Shown in pieces: positions 27,204 through 40,085 of a DNA stretch of 64,000 bases. The notes beneath the pieces were generated by a model that did not search any database, was not told the origin of the DNA, and saw nothing but the letters and a program-made list of their open reading frames with translations. Both the position numbers and the translations under genes were made by a program. The stretch's first letter is position 1. Each line of letters opens with the position of its first letter. Source of the DNA: Azolla caroliniana (taxonomy: Eukaryota > Plantae > Polypodiophyta); the NCBI GenBank assembly GCA_043228905.1, contig JBHGNT010000016.1, positions 13,330,001-13,394,000 of the forward strand, given 5' to 3'.

Positions 27204-30200
27204 ATGGAAACTAAGCATTCTTCTTCTTCTTCTCATTGGCGTTGTGCAGAGCAGCTCCTATCTTTGATCACCGGCATGACATGCTTACTACTTGAGGCTT
27301 CCCTAATCACAAGAATTCATGTTGCAGCCAACACCGCAAGCGAGAATGATTACTTCCCCTCCTCGAATGTCGATGACAATCTCTTTTCTTACTACGGGCA
27401 CACCTTTTCCGAGAGCGAGTTCCAACACTCGACATCCACGATTCTGTCCTGCAACAACGGATCCCTTCCGGATGCATTGAGTAGCCAGGACAGGCTGTAC
27501 GGTCGCCCAACGTCCATTTATTCGGGACATTATTTGCTCGAGAACTACGCTTTATTCTTCGAGCTCTTCTTCGTCATCTCTGCGGATGACATCTGCAATG
27601 CCAGCACCCCTTCCTACTACCTCTCCCTCGTCGCCAACAATCCTTTCCAGTATCCGGGTCAGGACTCGAAAGTCGTGTGGACGGCCAACATTGGCAACCC
27701 TGTGGGCGAGAATGCCTGCCTCCAACTCAGTCCCGATGATAGCAATCTCAAGCTCGTGGATTACGACAGGAACGCATCTGTCGTGTGGGAGACGAACACG
27801 TCGGGTCATGCCAATGCATCCCTGACCATCACGTATGAGGGAAACCTGGTCCTCTTCACTAACGCCTCTACTACACTACTTCAACAACAGCACATACTCT
27901 GGCAATCTTTCGACCATCCCACCGACACGCTCATGGTGCTGCAAGCTCTTCGGCCCCGGATGAACCTCACCACCTCCACCTCCGAATCCGTCAATAGCAC
28001 CAAAACGGCCAGCCACACGCTTGCCATGGAGAACGGAACCCTTACACTCTACACCAAGATTCAATACCAAGCCTTCAATAACCATACCTCTACAAGTACT
28101 GCAGATTACAGCGGATATGGATCTCCTTATTTGGTTTGGTCCCTCCATGCTACACAGGAAATGGATCATGCAGCAGCGGCGGCATTGTGCTGGTATCAGG
28201 AGCAATACAGCAGTCTCCAATTGGATATTGTTCCATCAGCAATCAACGGGTTAGTATTGGAAAAATTTGTGCTGAATTACGTCAACATTCCACATATTTA
28301 TAATAGTATAGCTAGAATCTCTTTCACATAAAGATTTTTGGACATGATGTTTAATCAACCTCATACAGTTCAGACATCATTTCAAAATACAACCAACTCT
28401 CGCCAGATGCTTGCAGTACGCGAGCCAACCAATCGACACAAGTCATATTCAGTTACAGCTTCAACCTAACATTTGCCACATTCCTCAGGCTGGAGAGTGA
28501 TGGAGACCTTCATGCGTACACGACCAATGTATCCTTAGAGGAAAACACTGGGGTTTGGAGTGAATTCGCCAGTCTATCTAAGAGAAGCTCTATGAATCCA
28601 TGCCAATTTCCTCTCTTTTGCGGATTCTATGGTGTGTGTGACATAGAGAAGCAGAATTGCACACAGAATTGTGGTGGGTCGAATGAATTAGAGCTTCAGG
28701 ATTCCAAGAAGAACGCCAAATTAGGCTGCAAGTTCAAGGAGGGCGATGGCAGATGGGAACCATACCCTTCTTCTTGTGGCGATGGATGGACTAACCATAA
28801 GAAACCGAATGCTTCAATCATAGCAGGGGCCAGCTACTTCTCCAATGCTTTCCTCCCTCCCAACCACACCGGAATCCATGCTCAAGACTGTTGGGGAAAG
28901 CATTGTAAGGACAACTGCTCTTGCACTGCCGCCTTCTGGGAGTCAAAACCCAATGGTTCTGGTTCTTGTTTCCTCATCCAGGGTCCCGTCGCTACCATCA
29001 TACTCAACGCTTCTGCAACTGAGGAAGAATTCATCGGATACTTGAAATTCATGGAGAACGCAACACCACCTTCTCTAACCAAACCCATCGAAATAGGCGT
29101 ATCAGTGGGTGTCTTTGTGCTTATCATCGCCTTATTCTTGGGTGGAGGATATATCCATAGGAGACGAAGACTAAAAGCCAGGCAACTGGAAGATTACCAG
29201 ATTGAGAATGAGCTCCTCGGCGTCTCACTTCTGGGGTCGAAGCCACGACGATTCACATGGAAGGAGATGCACGAATACACATGTGGTTTCTCGGACCCTC
29301 TCGGGGGTGGTGGTTTCGGCAATGTCTTCCGAGGAGCTATGGACGATGGCACACCCATAGCTGTGAAGCAACTCATCGATGGAGGTCAACAGGGTAATAA
29401 AGAGTTCATTGCCGAGGTCTCAATTCTGGGCCGGACTCACCATCTTCAACTTGTTCGCTTGCTTGGCTTCTGCCTGGAAGGTGCCACGCACAAGCTCCTC
29501 GTGTATGAATACATGGAAAATGGTTCTTTGGATGCTTGGATCTTCAGTAAAACACCCAAATGTACTCCAGAATTCACAAAGATTAAGGCTGATAGAAACT
29601 GTAGACCGGTCTTGTCGTGGGGAAGCAGGTTCAACATAGCGCTGGGTACCGCAAAAGGCTTGGCCTACTTGCACGAAGAGTGTGAGGACCGAATCATACA
29701 CATGGATCTCAAGCCACAGAATATACTCTTGGGAGCCGATTTCTTTGCTAAGATATCGGATTTCGGGATGTCGCGGAGGGTGGTACGCGACCAACAGAGT
29801 GCGGTGGTGACGATGATGAGGGGAACCCCAGGGTACTTGGCACCCGAGTGGCTAACAGAGGGGGCCATCACCGAGAAGTGTGATGTGTACAGCTATGGGA
29901 TTATGTTGCTGGAGATTGTGAGTGGGAATAGAGTGAAAGATTGGAGGGCATTGAGGCAGAGGCTGGAGATGAGACCCAATCGTGGAGAGGGTGTGATGGA
30001 GCTAGTGGATGAGAGGCTCATGAACTACGGAATGGGTGCGAAGATATACGATGAGGAGCAAGCTATGAGGATGGTGGAGGTGGCCATGTTGTGTGTGCAA
30101 AGCAATCCGAGGAGGCGGCCGAGCATGAGCAGTGTGGTGCAGATGCTGGAAGGGAAGGTGGGGGTCATACCCCATGCCCCCATTGATGGTTATGAACAGA

Positions 30201-30421
30201 TGGGGCTCTTTCCAAGTGAGAAGATCATGACGAGGCGGAAGCTAGAGCTAGAGCTAGAGCTAGAGCAGGACAGCCATCAATGGGCCACCGATGCAGAGTC
30301 TTGGAAATCTGGAGTCAACTCGACAATGAGGAGTAAGTCGAGGAAATCGATTTTGAGTAGCAAGCCATCATATAAATATATGGAAATCTCGAGGTCCGAG
30401 CAATACATGGGCAAACTCTAG
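27204..30421 (+). CDS. G-type lectin S-receptor-like Ser/Thr kinase (SD-2-like, non-RD), RLK2; exons 27204-28249 and 28369-30421, about 1032 aa
   Basis: ATG conserved in all 3 paralogs; hydrophobic signal region; B-lectin VVWTAN/LWQSFDHPTDTL; phase-2 GT..AG intron 28250-28368 restores a continuous frame; FLRLESDGDL, PCQFPLFCGFYGVC, CKDNCSCTAAF; TM helix + RRRR; GGGGFG, AVK, HMDLKPQN, DFG, GTPGYLAPEW, DVYSYG. Confidence 0.95.
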
Positions 30422-30986
30422 CTAGTGTCGGGCAAAGTTTCTAGTCCTTACTATAAAATTTCCTACTGCTTATGATCCAAACCGGAAATTAAATGTTTTA
30501 ACCGGCCACTTTCCTATGAGTGATAATGTCAACCGGAACATGTTCAAATTTTTTTGTTTGGCGCATACCAAATTTTCTTTGCCACATCCAATTATATCAA
30601 ACTAATGAAACATCTTAATCAAAGGCACAAGCTTTTATCACGTTATGTTTTCTTAATGAACCATTTACCATCATGATGGCCAAAGACTTGATTTTGAGGC
30701 TCGATATGGATGTCATTGGCAACGCACAAATATTTCAAGCTTCAATACTATTCATATCTTGTCTATATCTAAGTTGTTTACAATGTACAAATACATTTCT
30801 AGGAAATTTGCCTCTCCTATCCAAGCAAAAAATCATGGCATTTGGTACTTTGGTTATCCATACTTAAAATCACAATGGTTGAAAAACTTTTGTTTATCCA
30901 ATAATGGGTGTTTCCTGGCCTTATCTGGTTTGTCTATCAATCATTTTGGCTTTGTGAATTCATTGAGCTCTACAATGGGAAAAAGG

Positions 30987-31451
30987 TAGCAATCGGCACG
31001 GTTTCGGCTCAAACTGAACCAAACCGTTAAGTCATGGCTTAACAGTTTATTGGCTCAAAGATAAATAAACCGTTTGGTTTGGTTTCAAATATTATGATCC
31101 GGTTTGGTTTCGGTTCGGTTCGGTTTTGAATATCATAGTTTAGCGGTTTATCGGTTTCGGTTCAATTTGGTTTCGAGTTTCATAGTTTAGCGGTTTAGTA
31201 GTTTTAGCTTATGTGGTTTGGTTTAAAGGTTTAAAAGTTTTGAAGGTTTAATGGTTTATAGGTTTATAAAATTGGTTTGGCTTTGATTTATGATAAACCG
31301 ATTTGGTTTTGTTCTAAATTTTTCATAAACGGTTCGGCTCTAAACGGTTCGGTTAACATGGCTTCATAAAATTTAAATTGTTTGGTTTGGTTTTTAATAT
31401 AAATAAATGGTTTGGTTTCAAGGCCAGAAAACCGAACCATGCCCATTGCTA
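30987..31451. mobile_element. hAT-type MITE
   Basis: TIRs TAGCAATCGGCACGGTT / AACCATGCCCATTGCTA; 8-bp TSD GAAAAAGG / GAAAAAAG (7/8); many internal (C/T)GGTTT / AAACCG motifs. Confidence 0.85.
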
Positions 31452-31555
31452 GAAAAAAGAACAAACCATACTTTTATATAGCTTTGAGCAACCACCAACA
31501 TTGGCAATTAGCATATGTTTTGTATCCATAAAACCAGAAAGTATTACAACCATAC

Positions 31556-32235
31556 ATTGTTTTGGATGAACTTAGCCCGTTGTGCAAATTTCAATCTGCT
31601 CATGTCTCATTGACGCACCTGTAATAAAGAGAGGTTACCAATGTTAGCCCGCTTACAACAAATCAACATGTGTGAGGTTTGAGGTTTGAGGTTGGTAATA
31701 ACCAGCAACAGGTTACTATGTGAGTTTCTAAGGCTGAACAAAATTGTTAAACAGGATTTCCTGCTAGACTTATGAGATAAACGGGTTCACTGTAGGAATC
31801 TTGTATTAAACATCTCTCTTTGAATTATCATCAACTACAATTTTTCATGTCATGATAATCTAGGTAGACTTAGATAGTGACTTACTTGAAGTAAGAATGT
31901 GAGTTTGGAATCTCAGTAGGGTACATGATGTTGTTCTCCATGTGCAATGTCCACCAACACCATGATCACTAAACTGGAATGACAATTATATTTGATGACT
32001 TACTTATGAAACAAAGTGCACATTTAATATAACACCATAGAATAAGAGATTTCCTTACCCAAGTGTGGAAAGAAATTTATTAATGCTTGTGGCCTCTCTC
32101 AATCGCTCACCTTTTGCCCTAGCGCTCTTTTGTCTGCCAAATAGATTTCCATTATCAATTAACTGATTATTTGTGCTTCTTATATCTTTACAAGAGAGTA
32201 AGCGAGAACCAACCAACCTCTCTGAACCAGCAAGA
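31556..32235 (-). pseudogene. Kinesin motor-domain fragment with introns, kinesin-12-like (copy 1)
   Basis: GT..AG-bounded exons 32218-32235, 32059-32133, 31886-31973 and 31556-31618 read [59 protein letters not shown]...LKFAQRAKFIQNN. Confidence 0.9.
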
Positions 32236-32673
32236 GACGAAGGACACTAACATGCCATGGGAATTGCTCCTCAGCTTGCAAGTAATGTGGTCCATTGAAC
32301 ATAGACTCTAGATCTTGTCAGATGCCTCCAATAAGTCTTCATAACTTGCACAAGAGCTATGAAGCCAAATACTGTGGAATATACATAAACAATGGAAATC
32401 ATAATGCGGGCTTCCAAATAACAAATCGTAAAATATCACGGATGTAAGTGCATATATGATTAAAGTTGAGCGGACAAGCTTAACTGGATCTGGAATGGTT
32501 GAATAAGCCAGAGCCAGATTGGTGTCCGGATCAATATCCAGAACCAAGACCCGAATCATAATCCGAATTGGTATGAGCTAGGATCATAATCTGAATTGGT
32601 ATGAACCGATAGGCAGTTAGAGGTAAAGAAAATATAGACAGAGGTAAAGAAAATATAGACGGAGGGATTCTTC

Positions 32674-34900
32674 GGCGGCGGCATCCGGCAAACCGGCGTC
32701 ATCCGACGACCAAATTAATAAATATATATATATCACATATATATACACAAGGAGGGCAAGTGAGGATTCAAACCTTGCACCTCCTAGTTAAGAATCAATA
32801 GGCTTACCCCTAAGCCATGACATTTAGTTGAAGTTATATTTCTATCATTGTACTTTTACATGGAAATTCTCATACATGAGAGCTAAAATGAGTGACACGG
32901 TTATCATGCTCCACATGTAATACATGAGTGCAAAATGGCAAACATGCATTTAATGCATGTCTTGTACCCTCACATGCATCATATGCATGAGAGCATCTAT
33001 AAAAGAAGGGATGAAATACATGGAAATTCTCATACATGAGAGCTAAAATGAGTGATATGGTTATCATGCTCCACATGTAATACATGAGCGCCAAATGGCA
33101 AACATGCATTTTATGCATGTCTTGTACCCTCACATGCATCATATGCATGAGAGCATCTATAAAAGAAGGGATGAAAAAGAAGAAGGGTTAGGCTTTTTCT
33201 TGTTATGAAATTAAGAAGAAGATAATTTGTTATCGAAGGGATCGTGTAACTTGTTTCTTAAAATCTAAAATCAAGAGTTCAATCTTAATCTCTCTCAATC
33301 TAAAGTCTAAAGTCAAGCATTCTATTCTATCTCAAGCTCTCTCTCTCTTTAAATCTAGCTTAAGTACTTTCTCGCTAAAGCTTGCGCCAAATTCAAGTCC
33401 TTCCGGTCCAGAACCCCGGCGGTTCCGCCTCACGATCCGCGCATAGTGACGGATCTTCACGACATAATAAAGTGGTGAACCCGACGTGAAAGAGGCGATA
33501 GGAAGGATCAAGCCGAGATTAATACTTGGAGATGGCATCCTCAAGTAATCAAGCGGGAGAGCTCGAAAGGATGATGCTAATCGTCGAGCAAAGGATGAGA
33601 TCTCAGGACAACAATGCGAGCGTGGAGAAGGTTGTCGATCGTGTCGTAGAGCTCGAGGGACAATTCGATGGAAGGAACGTTACAAAGTTCCTGGACACAT
33701 ATTGAAGGGAGATGAATAAGAGGGACATGTCTGAAGCACGTCAAATCGCAAGCTTCAAGAGAGTTGTTGCCAACAACGTCCAAAGACTCGTCATCGAATT
33801 TCAAAAAGGTAATACAACATGGTCTGAGTTCGAGAAAACGATACTAGTGGAGTTCATGACTTAAGACTCAACGAGGATGACTCTACATGCCCTGATGAAG
33901 TGGATAGAGAAGAAGAATAAGAAGATGAGCGCCCCGACGGTGTACGACGAATTCGACCAGATGTTTAGTCGTCTCCCCAATACGGACCAACTTTTGCTTG
34001 AAGAGGACAAGACTTTGTACTTCTTGAAAGCTGTGGACATGAAGGATAGATGAGAATCGGGGACTCTTCTCGAAGACGATACCCAAGCAAATGGGCTTGT
34101 AGCGGACTTGTAGTGAAGCGGGCGTGCAATAGGCTTGACAAGCGTTGCCAATGGGTTGACGACACCGACTTGATGGAATCGACTGTCACGGAGAAAGCAA
34201 GACCGCCGAAAGTAGCTAAGCCACCAAAACAAAGTAACGTTGAAGAAAAGAAGATTGGTGATGACGTCATCGAAGAATTGGTGAAGAAGTTCGAGAAGGT
34301 CACACTAGCTAACATGAATCGTCGGGGGCCCAAAGGAAAAGAACCCTTTAGATGCGTGTGGTGCAATAGCATGGACCACATGAGAAGGGATTGCACGAGC
34401 CTTTGAGAGGCGATCCGACAAAATATCGTGTACATAGATGACAACATGATTTGCTCGAGCGAGACTAGAAGACCCCTACGGGTGAATTTCGGAAGAGGAG
34501 GAATGAAGAAAGCTATGGAGGATGCCGATGCGACTCATGTGGATGTGATGCACTATGCTGCGTCGGCCGGAATAAGAGTCGGGAAAGATAGAAATGAAGC
34601 TATGAAAGTGGGAGCCAAGTTTTGGTCTTCCGTTCTCAAGTATGAGAAGATGGGGAAGGTCACATCGAACGAGGTAGAGATTGCGGACCGAAGCGTGCAA
34701 AGCATAACCGGGTGGTCGGATCCGGTGGATGACAACACCATACTTGCGGAGGTGATGTGCGACAGCCACGAGGTGTTCGTCGAAGAAAAGAGAAAAAGAA
34801 TAGAAGAGCAAGGACCATCAAAAAGACATGAAACAAGGAACGCGAAAAAGAAGGACGATGCGGAGACGAGTCGACCTTTACAAACAGAGGAACGAGAATC
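32674..34900 (+). mobile_element. Gypsy fragment: partial 5' LTR (to 33464), tRNA-Trp PBS (33473-33489), disrupted gag
   Basis: LTR end GATCTTCACGACA; TGGTGAACCCGACGTGA; CCHC CVWCNSMDHMRRDC. Confidence 0.9.
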
Positions 34901-35034
34901 AAGCCGAAATGGGGAGATGAGCATACGAGTTGAAGAAACGGTTCGGCCCGTGAAGGTTGGTGTCGAAGACCCCCAACATTGAGCAATTAGCATATGTTTT
35001 GTATCCATAAAACCAGAAAGTATTACAACCATAC

Positions 35035-35714
35035 ATTGTTTTGGATGAACTTAGCCCGTTGTGCAAATTTCAATCTGCTCATGTCTCATTGACACACCTG
35101 TAATAAAGAGAGGTTACCAATGTTAGCCCGCTTACAACAAATCAACATGTGTGAGGTTTGAGGTTCGAGGTTGGTAATAACCAGCAACAGGTTACTATGT
35201 GAGTTTCTAAGGCTGAACAAAATTGTTAAACAGGATTTCTTGCTAGACTTATGAGATAGAGGGGTTCACTGTAGGAATCTTGTATTAAACATCTCTCTTT
35301 GAATTATCATCAACTACAATTTTTCATGTCATGATAATCTAGGTAGACTTAGATAGTGACTTACTTGAAGTAAGAATGTGAGTTTGGAATCTCAGTAGGG
35401 TACATGATGTTGTTCTCCATGTGCAATGTCCACCAACACCATGATCACTAAACTGGAATGACAATTATATTTGATGACTTACTTATGAAACAAAGTGCAC
35501 ATTTAATATAACACCGTAGAATAAGAGATTTCCTTACCCAAGTGTGGAAAGAAATTTATTAATGCTTGTGGCCTCTCTCAATCGCTCACCTTTTGCCCTA
35601 GCGCTCTTTTGTCTGCCAAATAGATTTCCATTATCAATTAACTGATTATTTGTGCTTCTTATATCTTTACAAGAGAGTGAGCGAGAACCAACCAACCTCT
35701 CTGAACCAGCAAGA
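35035..35714 (-). pseudogene. Kinesin motor-domain fragment with introns (copy 2)
   Basis: Near-identical to 31556-32235 at an offset of about 3479 bp; same stop in VPY*DSK. Confidence 0.9.
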
Positions 35715-35942
35715 GATGAAGGACACTAACATGCCACGGGAATTGCTCCTCAACTTGCAAGTAATGTGGTCCATTGAACATAGACTCTGGATCTTGTCAG
35801 ATGCCTCCAATAAGTCTTCATAACTTGCACAAGAGCTATGAAGCCAAATACTATGGAATATACATAAACAATGGAAATCATAATGCGGGCTTCCAAATAA
35901 CAAATCGTAAAATATCACGGATGTAAGTGCATATATGATTAA

Positions 35943-37552
35943 AGTTGAGCGGACAAGCTTAACTGGATCTGGAACGGTTGAATAAGCCAGAGCCAGATTG
36001 GTGTCCGGATCAATATCCAGAACCAAGACCCGAATCATAATCCGAATTGATATGAGCTGGATCATAATCTGAATTGGTATGAACCGATAGGCACTTAGAG
36101 GTAAAGAAAATATAGATGGAGGGATGGCAAGCTCGCTTCTGACTTAGAAGCTCGACAAGAGCAACTATGCGTCTTGGTTGTACAAGATGCACTAGTACCT
36201 GCTGGGGCATGGTTACTGGAGTTATTTCGAGGGAACTAATGAAGTAGCGCTGGAGCCGGCACACAAGGACTTCCTGGCATGGGAGCAAGGAGCGAGAAGA
36301 GTGTTGTACTACCTCGTGTCCTATGTGCACAACTACATGCTCAACTACATGAAAGACGCAAAATCGTCGAACGAGGCATGGGAAAATCTGAAGAAGATTT
36401 TCGCCGCGAGTACCACAACCTAGAAGTTGCAACTCTGGTAAGAGCTCAACAACATCCGGCAAAGGGACATGTTGGTTACCAACTACATCACCAAGATTAA
36501 GGACATCTACGATGCACTGGGTTCCATCAACGTGATGGTGGAAGAAGACGAGATGGTCCAGATCTACCTCGGTGGTCTACCACAACGGTATGGGCCAATC
36601 CGAACAACAATTTGCACCTAGGAGAAGCTATCATCCTTCTTCGACCTGTAATCGATGTTGATGGTTTAAGAAAACCACACGAGTGGGTGAAGGACCATTC
36701 AACCAGTTAGCCAAATGATGTACACCGACGCAAATCGGTCCCGTGGGCCTGCAGGACAATGTGGGTCAACACGTAATAGAGGTGATCGGCAATAGTAGAA
36801 CGAAAGGCACAGAGATAGTGTTGACAATAGTTCCGGACCCTCCACGAGCAGGGGAAGTCAAGATGGCGCCGGAAGCCGGCAATCTAAAACCGATACAGAA
36901 TGTTGGTACTATGGCAAGAAAGGCTACCAGGAGAGCAAGTGCTGGAAGAAGCGAGCCGATTCGGATAAATCCAGATCTGGCAAGACCAGACAAGGGAACC
37001 GACAAAGCTCGCATTATACCGAAGGATTCGGAACCGGGAAGACAAGAAAAGGGCCAGCCTTCGTGATGAAGCACAAGGCAAACTCGATGAAGAAGACCAC
37101 TTCCGAATTGGAGGAAGTGTGGTACGTTGACTCTGGAGCGTCTAACCATACCATGAGCCACGAAGAGTGGTTCTCATATTGGAAAAACCGGAACAACCTG
37201 GATAGTCGAAATCGGAGACGACACTACACACCCGATCGAGCATGTCGAACAAGTCCCTTTAAGCCATGTCGAACAAAAGGGAAAGTTGATGAATGTACTA
37301 CATGTTTTGACAATTGCGAAGAACTTGGTGTCGGTTGCATAGATCGTTGACCAGGGGATGAAAGTACGGTTTACACATCTCGGGTGCTTCATCAAAGAAG
37401 AAGGCCACATAATCACGCATGGAAGAATATTTATTGTCGACACCAATGATGTCGGCACCGCTCTATTCGCCAACGGGCAAAAGGTCGAGTCGGACATCGA
37501 CTTATGGCACAAGGGAATTGGCCACATCAACTATCAAAGACTTCAAGATCTA
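35943..37552 (+). mobile_element. Truncated copia A2 (family of copia A1): deleted 5' LTR, gag, protease, GAG-pre-integrase
   Basis: GTTGAGCGGACAAGCTTAACTGGATCTGG resembles the A1 LTR start; gag and WYVDSGAS are colinear with 577-2000; cut by copia B at 37553. Confidence 0.88.
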
Positions 37553-39662
37553 TGTTGAGAATCAAGCTCAACATAGAGCAACATGTGAACACACCTTTTG
37601 AGAATCTATGATTACTCAAAGGTAAAGAGTCACACCACCAATCTCTACACATTAAACTATGTGTCATAGATTCATATTCTATGACACGTAACTAATGATT
37701 CCACATTCCTCATGACTGTAAGACTTCACATTCCTCAAGGCTCTAGTGAGAGAGTGAACGTTGTAGTGAGTAAATGAAGAGAGAGGGTGACTCTATATAA
37801 AGCACCCTCCTCCTACTCCATATTAGGTTTGTTGTGACTCCTTGTAACGCTATTTTGTATCTCATATTCTACTTGTTAATATACATCTCCTTCTTCTTCT
37901 TGAGTACTTCATATTGTCTCTTATCTATCTTGTGTTTCTCTCCTCTCCTCTCTTCTCTCACACATACACACATAACTCACATCTCTTCCACTTCACCAGA
38001 ATCATCATTGATTCTTTACATGGTATCAGAGCAATTTGGTAGCTCCATCTAGCCCACTCGCCTCATCGTGATCGTGTGTTGTGCTCTACGCCGACATTCC
38101 AGAAGAACCGGCTCATCACTATCGTAGTGCAACTACACAGCTCGTGTTCGAGAGAGAAGGAAAAGAAAAGAAGGAAGAAATCTACATCGACAATGAATAC
38201 TGTAATGGGGAGCGCTCTCCCTAGCGAGAAGTTGGATCGCAACAACTTTGCATCTTGGGAGTACATGTAAAGAATGAAGAGATGGATTCTTTGCAGCAGA
38301 ATAGATATGAACTGTGTGTGTGTGTATGAGAGAGAGAGAGAGAGTGAGAGAGACAAGGAGTAAGACACAGAGAATACGCAAGGTAAAGTATATTAACAAA
38401 GGAGAAAGACTCAACATTTTACAAGGTGGGAGGAGGGTGCTTTATATAGTCACTCTCTCTCTTCATTAACTACAAGACTCATGGAACATGGGGAATGTGA
38501 AAGCTCATAAGTTATGTGTCATAGAATCATATTCTATGACTCATACTAAATGCTAGAATACAAAGTGGTGACATAATGGTGACTCTTGACCGTTTGAATG
38601 TCTATTCACTCTCAAGGTGAGTTCACACACTAGACCAAGTTGAGCTTGATTCTCAACACACCCCCTCAAGCTCAAGTTGGGTCAGTTTCAGACGATATCT
38701 GAAATCCCCTTCGACTCGCATTCCAGAGTCCTCGTTGACTCGCGTCGACTCGCATGTATGCGGAGTTGCGGAATCTATGCTCCAGCTTGCGTTGTGCGTA
38801 GTTGCAAAGTTCGTGCTTCGGCTTGCGTCTTTCTTCGCGGCTTTGCACGGTAGATCGACTCTTTGCGACTTCGTTCTGCGGTTGTGGAATACACGCGTTA
38901 CCGCATACTGTATTGCGTAATGTCTTTAGTACTCCCCCTCAAGCTTGGTAAGTCAAGGATCGTCAATCCAAGATCGGTCATGAATTGCCATAGCTTGTCG
39001 GCTCCTAAGGCTTTAGTGAAGATGTCGACCTTTTGAAGATTTGTGCTAATGTGTTGTAGGTCGACATCGCTAGCTAGAACGCGCTCTCGGATGAAGTGAT
39101 AGTGCACTTCGATGTGTTTTGTCCACATTGTCGTGAAGATTTTCGCCAATAGTGTGAAAATCACATGAAACGCACAAAATTGAGTATGAATCACATAAAA
39201 CAATAATAGTGAAGTATCTAAGTACAAAATGATGGAGGTCTTCAAGAGCTTTCGAATGCTCTTTATTACACGAGAAACGGACAACTAGATGTTAAGATAT
39301 GAGGGTATAAGTTTGTGAAAGGAAAAGAGAAAAAACTGTGAGATATCCCACATACGCACGACAAATACGACTCTCATCATATATCAGGTAGAGCAAAAGC
39401 TATTATCTTTGTGTCTATGTGTTGAGCATAGAAAGTTCAAGGTAACTTGAACTAAGAGTGGAGGTGGCCTAGCCACTCGTGAAGGTTTCAGCCAACCAAA
39501 ACGGAATTGGACGATAACCGGTGGAATCGGCATCCGATGGAGCTGGTGATCCAGTGGTATCGACATCCGATGGGCCGACGGTGGCGGCGGCATCCGGCAA
39601 ACCGGCGTCATTTGACGACCAAATTAATAAATATATATATATCACATATATATACATAAGGA

Positions 39663-39731
39663 GGGCAAGTGAGGATTCGAACCTTGCACCTCCTAATTAA
39701 GAATCAATAGGCTTACCACTAAGCCATGACA
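39663..39731 (-). other. tRNA-derived (Lys-CTT-like) Pol III A/B-box cassette inside the Gypsy LTR; not a complete tRNA
   Basis: Minus strand: A box TGGCTTAGTGG, D stem GGCTTA/TAAGCC, 7-nt loop YTCTTAA, B box GGTTCGAATCC; no acceptor stem. Confidence 0.7.
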
Positions 39732-39765
39732 TTTAGTTAAAGTTATATTTCTATCATTGTACTTT

Positions 39766-40085
39766 TACATGGAAATTCTCATACATGAGAGCTAAAATGA
39801 GTGACACGGTTATCATGCTCCACATGTAATACATGAGTGCCAAATGGCAAACATGCATTTAATGCATGTCTTGTACCCTCACATGCATCATATGCATGAG
39901 AGCATCTATAAAAGAAGAGATAAAATACATGGAAATTCTCATACATGAGAGCTAAAATGAGTGATATGGTTATCATGCTCCACATGTAATACATGAGCGC
40001 CAAATGGCAAACATGCATTTTATGCATGTCTTGTACCCTCACATGCATCATATGCATGAGAGCATCTATAAAAGAAGGGATGAAA
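39766..40085 (+). repeat. About 160-bp tandem duplication of the CATG-rich/TATA segment in the 5' LTR
   Basis: Two ACATGGAAATTCTCATACATGAG...CTATAAAAGAAG units; also at 32857-33175; single copy in the 3' LTR. Confidence 0.9.

Larger units (their letters stand above)
31495..34973 (+). repeat. First unit of a local segmental duplication (kinesin fragment + copia LTR start + Gypsy LTR/gag)
   Basis: 31495-32668 is near-identical to 34974-36126; 32674-34531 is near-identical to about 39583-41441. Confidence 0.92.

Noticed and set aside
28250-28331. Secreted lectin-only gene ending at 28331
   Set aside because: Read-through into a conserved GT-AG intron; an intron-retention isoform cannot be shown from sequence alone
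30423-30560. Possible hAT terminus TAGTGTCGGGCA right after the RLK2 stop
   Set aside because: No matching second TIR or TSD found
32308-32559. ORFs 32308-32559 and 35667-36065 as a conserved small protein
   Set aside because: They span a copia LTR start and captured fragments; their identity is explained by the segmental duplication
39663-39735. Bona fide tRNA-Lys gene
   Set aside because: No acceptor stem and imperfect arms; reported only as a tRNA-derived cassette
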